Shown here one piece after another: positions 8,688 through 15,711 of a stretch of DNA of 64,000 bases. The translations under genes were made by a program, and so were the position numbers. This DNA comes from Patescibacteria group bacterium (GTDB lineage Bacteria > Patescibacteriota > JABMPQ01 > JAQVVF01): contig JAQVVF010000002.1 of NCBI GenBank assembly GCA_028699085.1, positions 3,074 through 67,073 on the forward strand. Direction: 5' to 3'. Numbering within the stretch: position 1 is the first letter of the stretch; every line of letters starts with the position of its first letter. The notes below the pieces were generated by a model that was not told the DNA's origin, made no database searches, and saw only the letters and a list, made by a program, of their open reading frames with translations.

Positions 8688-8713
8688 ATTTTTTACTAAT
8701 ATTTCATAAAAAA

Positions 8714-9607
8714 TTATTCCTCTAATGCTTTTTTGGTAGCAACAGGCAAATCATCAATAACATCAGTTGCTAATACTGATCTTTCTCCTAACTTTTTACT
8801 AGCAATATCGCCTGCTAACCCATGCAAAAATACTGCAGTTGCCACTGATTCAAAAGGCAAATTAATATTTGCAGCCCAATACGCCGCTGTCATTCCTGCT
8901 AATGTATCTCCTGTTCCCGCAGTTGCCAAAGCAGGTCCGCCTGATTTATTAATAATAACTCTTTCACCATCTGAAATAACAGTCTCATATCCCTTTATCA
9001 CCAAAATGCTTTTCCATTTCTTTGCTTTTTTTCTGACTAACCATTCTCTATCTCTCTCAACATTATCAACATCTAAATCACAAAGTCTTGCCATCTCGCC
9101 AGCATGAGGCAACAAAACCGTTTTATTATCTCCCCATTCTATCAAAAGCTCAACATGACCAGAAAAAGCATTTAAGCCATCTGCATCTAAAACAACATTT
9201 TTCTGCAAATCTTTTAGCCTCTTAAATAGTTTACAAATCAGATGCCTCGTCTCTTCATGTTGCGAAAGACCTGGACCAATTAAAATTACATCATATTTTT
9301 TTGCTTCTTCTATAATTCTTTCAAAAGATGATAATGCCAAAGTCTTATCTTTTGTTTCATCACAAGGCAAAGTCAAAACTTCTGGAATCAATTTTGTATA
9401 AATATCATTCAAGCTTTTTGGAAATACTAACAAAACATAACCAGCTCCAGCTCTCATTGCTGCCTCACAACATAAAGTTGCAGCTCCAGACATTCCTTCA
9501 GATCCAGCAACAATCATCACACTGCCAACAGACTTTTTATTCGCATCTTTTGGTCTGGGAGCTAAAATTTCTGGATATAATAATTTATCTTGCTCAATTG
9601 GCTTCAT
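8714..9607 (-). CDS. nnrD: ADP-dependent NAD(P)H-hydrate dehydratase (YjeF C-terminal)
   Basis: AGSEGMSGA, IGPGL, VLDADGL, PHAGEMARL, LATAGTGDTLAG. Confidence 0.92.
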   Translation of the reverse strand: MKPIEQDKLLYPEILAPRPKDANKKSVGSVMIVAGSEGMSGAATLCCEAAMRAGAGYVLLVFPKSLNDIYTKLIPEVLTLPCDETKDKTLALSSFERIIEEAKKYDVILIGPGLSQHEETRHLICKLFKRLKDLQKNVVLDADGLNAFSGHVELLIEWGDNKTVLLPHAGEMARLCDLDVDNVERDREWLVRKKAKKWKSILVIKGYETVISDGERVIINKSGGPALATAGTGDTLAGMTAAYWAANINLPFESVATAVFLHGLAGDIASKKLGERSVLATDVIDDLPVATKKALEE

Positions 9608-9630
9608 AATATTAAATAGTTCTTCAATAC

Positions 9631-9679
9631 TTTTTACTTTTACCTTGTAACTTTTTAATTTTTTCTTTTGACTTTTAAC
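9631..9679. repeat. Heptad-periodic dispersed element (TTTTTAC family)
   Basis: tttttac ttttacc ttgtaac tttttaa ttttttc ttttgac ttttaac; related copies at 39714, 46327 and 46665. Confidence 0.8.
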
Positions 9680-10762
9680 TTAAAATCTCAACATCGCTCC
9701 AATTCCACCCATTCCCGCTAATTTTTCATTATCTTCCACAAATTCAATTTTTGCTTTATGGCTAAAAACCTTTTGAACTAATTCATCAACTACATCCTTG
9801 ACATCTTCTGTTTTGAAACTGCAATAAGGACAAACAACTTCATCAAGACCCAAAAAATCACAATTTGGACATTTCTTTCCAGTTGTACTTAATTTAGAAT
9901 CAAGCAACAAAGTTTTAACATCTCTCTCTTGTGCTGCATTCAAAACATTTTTCAAACCGGCAACAGCTAGCTGACCATTCAAACTATTATTTAATTCTTC
10001 AACAAGCATTGCCTCATTTTTTCTTTCTACTTTTTCTTGAACTTGCAATGACTGTTCTAAAAAATGTTCATTAGGCTTGAATAATTCTGTATAAAATTCA
10101 CCTACTACTCTATTTTTCAATTCTGTATGCAAAATTTTCTTTAATTCCGGCAAGATCTCTTTTGATCCAGCTAAAATCAGTCTATCAAATCCTTTTTCTT
10201 TCCAAAATTTAAAAAGCTGATCATTGATCTTTTTCAAATGACGATGCACATGCTCTTCGATATGCAAAGCCTCGCCTTGTTGTACTAATCCGCCTTGATC
10301 ATGTTTGCCAGGAAACTCATCAAAAATATAGCTAAAATCTTGAATCACACCCAAAAAGACTGTAAACAATTTTGCTTTTTCTTTATCACAAACTACAACA
10401 CAATATCTTTCTAATTCATCAAGGACTTGTAACAGTTGCTCAATATGAACATTTTTTTCAACATAAGCTCCTGTCTTAATTGGACAAGGAAATTTATAGA
10501 TTGACCAAAAATTTTTAGATGGACTAGCGTAAAATGCCATGCCTCGGATTTTTTTATCCAATCTCAAATCAATCCATTCTTCAACTTGTTTTGTTGCTTC
10601 ACTTCCCAATTTTTCTTCAACATTTTTCAATAAATCTTTTAGCTTATTTTCAATTTCTTCTGGCTTGTAACGTCTTTGATCGCAATTTAAATAAAGTGTT
10701 ACTACATCCTCTTTGTCGCTTTGTAAACGATTTAATTTTGTTATGTCTTTATTTTCTATCAT
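9680..10762 (-). CDS. Bacterial archaeo-eukaryotic release factor family protein (baeRF, eRF1-like)
   Basis: eRF1-like layout: TLYL, GMAF, GKHDQGGxxQ loop, LILAG, CxxC..CxxC, C-terminal GGIGAMLRF. Confidence 0.85.
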   Translation of the reverse strand: MIENKDITKLNRLQSDKEDVVTLYLNCDQRRYKPEEIENKLKDLLKNVEEKLGSEATKQVEEWIDLRLDKKIRGMAFYASPSKNFWSIYKFPCPIKTGAYVEKNVHIEQLLQVLDELERYCVVVCDKEKAKLFTVFLGVIQDFSYIFDEFPGKHDQGGLVQQGEALHIEEHVHRHLKKINDQLFKFWKEKGFDRLILAGSKEILPELKKILHTELKNRVVGEFYTELFKPNEHFLEQSLQVQEKVERKNEAMLVEELNNSLNGQLAVAGLKNVLNAAQERDVKTLLLDSKLSTTGKKCPNCDFLGLDEVVCPYCSFKTEDVKDVVDELVQKVFSHKAKIEFVEDNEKLAGMGGIGAMLRF

Positions 10763-10775
10763 ATTTTTAATTTAT

Positions 10776-10805
10776 TGTAGGGAGCAAAAATTTTTGCTCC
10801 CTACA
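10776..10805. repeat. Perfect 30-bp palindrome, GTAG-REP-like
   Basis: TGTAGGGAGCAAAAA|TTTTTGCTCCCTACA. Confidence 0.75.
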
Positions 10806-10818
10806 TATTTTATCACAA

Positions 10819-10847
10819 TTTACAAAATTTTAAAAATCAAGTATAAT
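10819..10847 (+). promoter_or_regulatory. Promoter of the tRNA-Gly/Thr cluster
   Basis: TTTACA-17 bp-TATAAT. Confidence 0.7.
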
Positions 10848-10877
10848 TTCTCAAGAATAATAAATAATAATTCACGA

Positions 10878-10948
10878 GCGAGTATAGCACAGTGGTAGTG
10901 CGCTTGCTTCCCAAGCAAGATATGTGAGTTCGATTCTCATTACTCGCT
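10878..10948 (+). tRNA. tRNA-Gly(CCC)
   Basis: Acceptor GCGAGTA/TACTCGC, anticodon arm CTTGC-TTCCCAA-GCAAG, U73. Confidence 0.93.
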
Positions 10949-10952
10949 ATCC

Positions 10953-11135
10953 GCCAGAGTAGCTCAGTCGGCAGACCTGCCCGCCAGAGCCAAAGCCCGT
11001 GTAGCTCAGTTGGTAGAGCAATGCTTTCGTAAAGCAGAGGTCGTCGGTTCGATCCCGACCATGGGCTCTGGCTTTGGCAGGCGGGGCAACACTTTCGTAA
11101 AGTGAAGGTCAAGAGTTCGATTCTCTTCTCTGGCT
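10953..11135 (+). tRNA. Interrupted (outer) tRNA-Thr(CGT); parts 10953-10975 and 11086-11135
   Basis: The joined parts give a 73-nt cloverleaf: GCCAGAG/CTCTGGC, D-stem GCTC/GA|GC, CACT-TTCGTAA-AGTG, AAGAG-TTCGATT-CTCTT; 110-nt insertion between positions 23 and 24. Confidence 0.8.
10995..11067 (+). tRNA. tRNA-Thr(CGT), intact, nested inside the outer tRNA
   Basis: Acceptor GCCCGTG/CATGGGC, anticodon arm TGCT-TTCGTAA-AGCA, T arm GTCGG-TTCGATC-CCGAC. Confidence 0.92.
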
Positions 11136-11146
11136 AAAAAACAACG

Positions 11147-11187
11147 TTCGTAAAGCAAAGGTCGAAAGTAGATCCTGGAAAGTGGCT
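11147..11187 (+). pseudogene. Degenerate 3' remnant of a third tRNA-Thr(CGT)
   Basis: TTCGTAAAGCAAAGGTCG matches the inner tRNA TTCGTAAAGCAGAGGTCG at 17 of 18 nt; ends TGGCT like the outer tRNA; no complete cloverleaf. Confidence 0.45.
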
Positions 11188-11208
11188 AATATTTAAAATT
11201 AAACATTC

Positions 11209-11233
11209 AAAAACCCGTCATTCGACGGGTTTT
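11209..11233. terminator. Bidirectional terminator
   Basis: AAAACCCGTC-ATTC-GACGGGTTTT. Confidence 0.8.
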
Positions 11234-11251
11234 AGTATGCTCAGTTTTTTC

Positions 11252-13057
11252 CTATTTCACTCCAATCGCAAAATATTGTGTCTTAATTGGATATTTTGTG
11301 AAATATTTTACAATGAATTTCTTGTCTTTCTTGATTATCTTGGCATCTGTGAATGTTGTATTAATATTCTGCCATGTGCCAGTTCCTTTTTTGTATTTTA
11401 AGAATAGATTTGCTTTTGTTGCTGATTTATTCTTTTTAAGATATTTCTTTAATTGCTTTTTAGTAAATTTGAATGATACTTTGATTTTGAATTTCTGTGA
11501 TGATTTTTTTACTTTGTATTTGTATAAATTTGTTTTCAATTTCCACTTTTTCAAGAACGTTTTGTTTGGATAACCAGTTGATTTATTCCATTTCATCCAA
11601 TATGCGCTGTTCTTTGTTAATTTGGTTGGAAGCTTTGTGAAATTGATTGTTAGACTTTGACCAGAGATTATTTCATTATTTAATTCTGATTCAAGAATAA
11701 ATTTCTGTCCTGCCCTTAATAAATCTTCGGCCTGATTATTTTCAACCTGGTTAGCTTCAATGATGTATGCTTCTGTTTTGATTTCTTCTGTATTACCAAG
11801 ACTGTCAATTGAAAAGAATTTTAAAGTTGTATCTTGAGTAATTACTATTGGATTTGAATAAACTGTTGAAGAAGTTGTTGGATCTGTGCCATCAATTGTG
11901 TAATAAGTTGCAACAACTGTTGAGTCTGCATCTGTGGCAGATAAAGTAATAGTTTGAGGAGCAGTATATGTTCCTCCAGCTAGCGAAGCTGTGGTTGTAG
12001 GAGCAAGGTAATCAATAAACCATGAAGCAATGTAATTTGCTGATATACCGCCGGCAGTTGTAAAATCACCTCCGACATAGAGTTCGTCATTATAGACTGT
12101 TAATGCATCTACTTCATAATTCATTCCAGATCCTACTGCACTCCAAGAAAAGCCATTCCATTTCGAAATACAATTACCATAATCACCAGTAAAATCTCCA
12201 CCAGCATAAAGTTCATTATCATATACAACTAATGAATAAATATTTCCTGTAATTGTAGTGCCAACAGCACCTAAAGAATTATTATCCCAAACAGCAATAT
12301 AGTTAGAAACACCACCGCCAGCAATAGTGAATATTCCGCCAATATACAATTCATTATCGTAAACTGCTAAGGAATACACAAAACTATCAAGCTCAGTTCC
12401 ATCTCCAACTTTGCTCCAAGAACTTCCATTCCATTTCGAGATGTAATTGCCATTAACAGATGTAAATGCTCCTCCAACATAAAGTTCGTTATTATAAACA
12501 CAAAGAGAATTTACATAAGAGTTTAATTCTGTTCCAGCTCCAACTGGAGTCCATGAAGAATCATTCCATTTAACGATATAATTAGCAGGAGCACCATCAA
12601 TATTAGCATTACCACCAACATATAATTCATTATTATAGACAGCTAAGGAATAAACATTACCAGTTACTGCAGTGCCAACAGCACTTAAAGAACTGCCATC
12701 CCAAACAGCAATATAATTGGCAACACTGCCGCCAGCAATAGTAAATGTTCCGCCAATATATAGCTTGTTATTATAAACTACCATAGAAGTAGCTCGACCA
12801 TTGTTAATTCCTGTACCTGCTACTGAACTCCATGAACTGCCATTCCATTTAGCAATTCTTGAACCAGGACTAGTTGTAAAATAACCACCGACATATAGTT
12901 CATTATTGTAAACTGCAAGCGAACGTATATAGCTATCAGTTCCATCACCCAATGCACTCCAAGATGAACTTGTTCTAGCAAAAGATTGATTAACGAAACA
13001 ATAAACACCAATGACTAGAATCATAAACAACGTCATTCTTAAAAATATTTTTTTCAT
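11252..13057 (-). CDS. Secreted beta-propeller repeat protein + chitobiase C-terminal/Fn3-like domain + Lys-rich C-terminal domain (paralog 1)
   Basis: Signal peptide; repeats WNGSSWS.VG..V.SLAVYNNELYVGG.FT; YYTIDGTDP; ends YFAIGVK. Confidence 0.85.
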   Translation of the reverse strand: MKKIFLRMTLFMILVIGVYCFVNQSFARTSSSWSALGDGTDSYIRSLAVYNNELYVGGYFTTSPGSRIAKWNGSSWSSVAGTGINNGRATSMVVYNNKLYIGGTFTIAGGSVANYIAVWDGSSLSAVGTAVTGNVYSLAVYNNELYVGGNANIDGAPANYIVKWNDSSWTPVGAGTELNSYVNSLCVYNNELYVGGAFTSVNGNYISKWNGSSWSKVGDGTELDSFVYSLAVYDNELYIGGIFTIAGGGVSNYIAVWDNNSLGAVGTTITGNIYSLVVYDNELYAGGDFTGDYGNCISKWNGFSWSAVGSGMNYEVDALTVYNDELYVGGDFTTAGGISANYIASWFIDYLAPTTTASLAGGTYTAPQTITLSATDADSTVVATYYTIDGTDPTTSSTVYSNPIVITQDTTLKFFSIDSLGNTEEIKTEAYIIEANQVENNQAEDLLRAGQKFILESELNNEIISGQSLTINFTKLPTKLTKNSAYWMKWNKSTGYPNKTFLKKWKLKTNLYKYKVKKSSQKFKIKVSFKFTKKQLKKYLKKNKSATKANLFLKYKKGTGTWQNINTTFTDAKIIKKDKKFIVKYFTKYPIKTQYFAIGVK

Positions 13058-13096
13058 TTTTTGATTTTATTTTATATATTGAACCTAATTAATAAT

Positions 13097-13131
13097 ATTA
13101 TATCACATTCGAATAAAAAAAATTATCCACA
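13097..13131 (-). promoter_or_regulatory. DnaA-type box + extended -10 promoter of paralog 1
   Basis: TGTGGATAA, T8 tract, TGTGA-TATAAT; same layout at 35421 and 58529. Confidence 0.65.
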
Positions 13132-13234
13132 AAAGAATAATAACATAATATTATACCGACACAAATAACATTCAAAAACCCGCCATCCAGACGGGTTTTA
13201 ATTTTGTTATTTAAAATTTAGTTATTTTGTTATT

Positions 13235-14293
13235 CTATTTAACAGGTTCTACTTCCACATCTTCAATTTCTACATCATCAGCTGTAGTATCAGTATTTTC
13301 TAAATTCAAACCTTCAATTGTCGCCTGTTCTTTATTCCATTTTATATCTTTAACATAAATTTTAATCTTTGCTTTTTTCTTTTGATCCAAGAACCATTTG
13401 TCAAAATCATCTTCTACTTTAAAAAAGATATGAGATGCCTTGACTTGTTCATCATCTCCAGATCCTTTTTTCTTATCAACTTTTATGATATGAAATCCTT
13501 CAATAGTTCTGACAATTTCACTCGTTTCACCAACATTTAATTTAAAAGCAGCGATTTCAAATTCTGTTTCCATTTCATCTTTGCCAATAAAACCTAGATT
13601 GCCACCATCTTTTTTAGTTGATTTATCCTGGCTAACTTCTTTTGCTAATTCTGCAAAATCTTTTCCTGCCTTCAATTTTGCCAATGCATCTTCAGCTTTC
13701 TTTTTGGCTTCTTCGCTTTTTGCCTTTCGGTCTTTATCAATTTTATCATCCATCAAATATGACTTTTGCAATTTATCATACATTAATGAAGGCTCCAAAA
13801 CTTCTTTTTTAAATTCTGAAATGCTCATATCATACAAACTTTTGATTTCTTTAGCCAATTCGTCTTCAGTATCATAATCCTCTAAAACTAGCTTGTACTC
13901 TTTTTCAATATCTTCTTTGGAAATCTTTATATTATATTTTTCTGATAATTGGCTAACTACCTTGTCCTCTATCAAACGATCTAAAGCCATCTTCTTAATA
14001 TCTAAATCACTGATTTTTTCTTCTGATTGTCCTTCTTGAGAATCATAAAAAAATTTCAAAGCTTGATAATTCTTTTCTAATTTTGACTGCATCACAAAAC
14101 TGCCATTTACTCGAGCCGAAGGTATCGGCAATGATTTAGAAATTCTTCCGCCAACATTTCCAGATAAACCAAATTTCCAAAATAAAAATCCCAAGAGAAC
14201 AACTGCCAAAATAATTCCTAGAATAATCCAAAATTTATTTTTTTTGTTTTCTTTTTTGTTTCCTAATACTGGACTTTCAAAATTTTGTTCCAT
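13235..14293 (-). CDS. SurA/PrsA-like peptidyl-prolyl isomerase (parvulin)
   Basis: N-terminal TM, SurA N domain, FAELAKEVSQD, GGNLGF, GFHIIKV. Confidence 0.9.
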   Translation of the reverse strand: MEQNFESPVLGNKKENKKNKFWIILGIILAVVLLGFLFWKFGLSGNVGGRISKSLPIPSARVNGSFVMQSKLEKNYQALKFFYDSQEGQSEEKISDLDIKKMALDRLIEDKVVSQLSEKYNIKISKEDIEKEYKLVLEDYDTEDELAKEIKSLYDMSISEFKKEVLEPSLMYDKLQKSYLMDDKIDKDRKAKSEEAKKKAEDALAKLKAGKDFAELAKEVSQDKSTKKDGGNLGFIGKDEMETEFEIAAFKLNVGETSEIVRTIEGFHIIKVDKKKGSGDDEQVKASHIFFKVEDDFDKWFLDQKKKAKIKIYVKDIKWNKEQATIEGLNLENTDTTADDVEIEDVEVEPVK

Positions 14294-14323
14294 ATAATTT
14301 TATGATTTGTTTAATTTCAACAA

Positions 14324-14719
14324 CTAATTATTAGTAAAAAAGTAATTCCACCATTTTTCAATATTCAATTTATTTTTCTGATCACTATTATCTTGAGACA
14401 ATTCAACCACGCTATTCATATTATCAGGCAAAGATTCAATTGAAACAGCTGTCTCGCCATCTTTTTGCATTCCTAAATTTTGCCTAGCTTGAATTTCTTT
14501 AAAAGCATCAGTATTTAAATAGTCTACCAAACCTCCTAATTCTTTATTCTTTCTTTCTAAAGTATTAATTTCTGCTTGAATCTTTTCAATCTCCTGATTA
14601 ACCATATAACGATTGACTAGTTCTCTTACTAATCCCATGGCAATGAAGATTACAAAAACAAGACCTGTCACAGTAATTAAACGCAAAGACCATTTCTTTG
14701 TTAATAATCTTTTTTTCAT
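14324..14719 (-). CDS. Septum formation initiator (FtsB/DivIC family)
   Basis: TM, coiled coil, EIQARQNLGMQKDGE, WWNYFF. Confidence 0.8.
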   Translation of the reverse strand: MKKRLLTKKWSLRLITVTGLVFVIFIAMGLVRELVNRYMVNQEIEKIQAEINTLERKNKELGGLVDYLNTDAFKEIQARQNLGMQKDGETAVSIESLPDNMNSVVELSQDNSDQKNKLNIEKWWNYFFTNN

Positions 14720-14723
14720 TACG

Positions 14724-14865
14724 AATTTCTAATTTTAAATTACTAATTTCTATTAAATTTTCAATAAAGTAATTTCTAAACACTTAACATTATTTAATCC
14801 GTAAAGGTTTAAAAATTAAAGCATTAAGAATTTAATAAAAATTAGAAATTAGAAATTGAAAATTT
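14724..14865. repeat. Heptad-periodic inverted-repeat element
   Basis: atttcta-attttaa-attacta-atttcta left arm; attagaa-attagaa-attgaaa right arm. Confidence 0.7.
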
Positions 14866-15456
14866 TTATTCCACTTTCTCGCTCTTCTTCACTCCCTTTC
14901 CTTCTCTTTTATAAATATCCCATTTTACACGAGAAATAAATTCAATTAACTCTTCTGCTGATATTTTTTTACGAGCTAAACGGGCTAATTCAATAACTAA
15001 ATCTTGAGTTTGTCTTGGACCGCTCAAACATTCCAAATCAGTCTTTTTTCCATAATCCATTTCAATTTTCAATGTTCCATATTTAAAAAAAGTTGCCAAA
15101 AAACCAGGAATCTCATAGCTTACATTACCAACATGATCTAGAGGGAATTCTTCAACTGCTCTATTAAAAAGACCCTTTTGACTAACTTTAATAATTCTTT
15201 GATTTGTGATCACAACACTATCAAAATACCAATTCATCCAGACATATAATGTATACAAAACCGCAAATATTAAAAGCAATAAAAAGATAACTCCGCCAAT
15301 CCAATGTTTAAATAAAACAAAAGCAAATACGAAAGGTATTGCAAAAAATAATATACTTTTTACAATAGAAGATAGACGGCTTCCCCAACTTTTACGAAAT
15401 ACTACAACTACCTCTTCGTCTTGTTTTAGATCTTGTGAAAAATAATCTTCAAACAT
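14866..15456 (-). CDS. Bacterial PH-domain (bPH_2) membrane protein
   Basis: Two TM segments then VITNQRII..QKGLF..YGTLKI. Confidence 0.8.
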   Translation of the reverse strand: MFEDYFSQDLKQDEEVVVVFRKSWGSRLSSIVKSILFFAIPFVFAFVLFKHWIGGVIFLLLLIFAVLYTLYVWMNWYFDSVVITNQRIIKVSQKGLFNRAVEEFPLDHVGNVSYEIPGFLATFFKYGTLKIEMDYGKKTDLECLSGPRQTQDLVIELARLARKKISAEELIEFISRVKWDIYKREGKGVKKSEKVE

Positions 15457-15553
15457 AATAACTTACACTAATTAATTTTCGAATTCTTACGAATAGCTAT
15501 TCGAATATTTGCATATTCATAAATTAGCATAATTCGTATATTCGTATTACATT

Positions 15554-15652
15554 ATGCAAAGCAAATTAAAAAAGAAAATAATTTGGGTTGTGCTAGTCGC
15601 TGTTACAGTTACTTTAGTTTTGACTTGGCTGATTTTTCCAGCCTTATCATAG
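15554..15652 (+). CDS. Small single-pass membrane protein (32 aa), below the ORF-track cut-off
   Basis: MQSKLKKKIIWVVLVAVTVTLVLTWLIFPALS*: basic N-terminus plus hydrophobic helix; attATG start context like the host genes. Confidence 0.55.
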   Translation: MQSKLKKKIIWVVLVAVTVTLVLTWLIFPALS

Positions 15653-15711
15653 ATTATACCACAAATTTATAGTTTTATTAAATTTGATTTTAAAAATAGT
15701 TAAGCAATTAA

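Noticed and set aside
10976-11085. Group I/II intron or BHB intron explanation for the tRNA insert
   Set aside because: Too short for a ribozyme core, not in the anticodon loop, and no bulge-helix-bulge is visible at the junctions.
10713-11112. ORFs 10713-10898 and 10837-11112
   Set aside because: They overlap the tRNA-Gly/Thr genes and their promoter.
11252-12048. Diversity-generating retroelement TR/VR pair with 56644-57427
   Set aside because: Both copies are coding, the differences are not adenine-specific, and there is no reverse transcriptase in the window.
13123-13131. oriC suggested by DnaA boxes
   Set aside because: The boxes are single and scattered at paralog promoters; there is no cluster and no dnaA/dnaN nearby.
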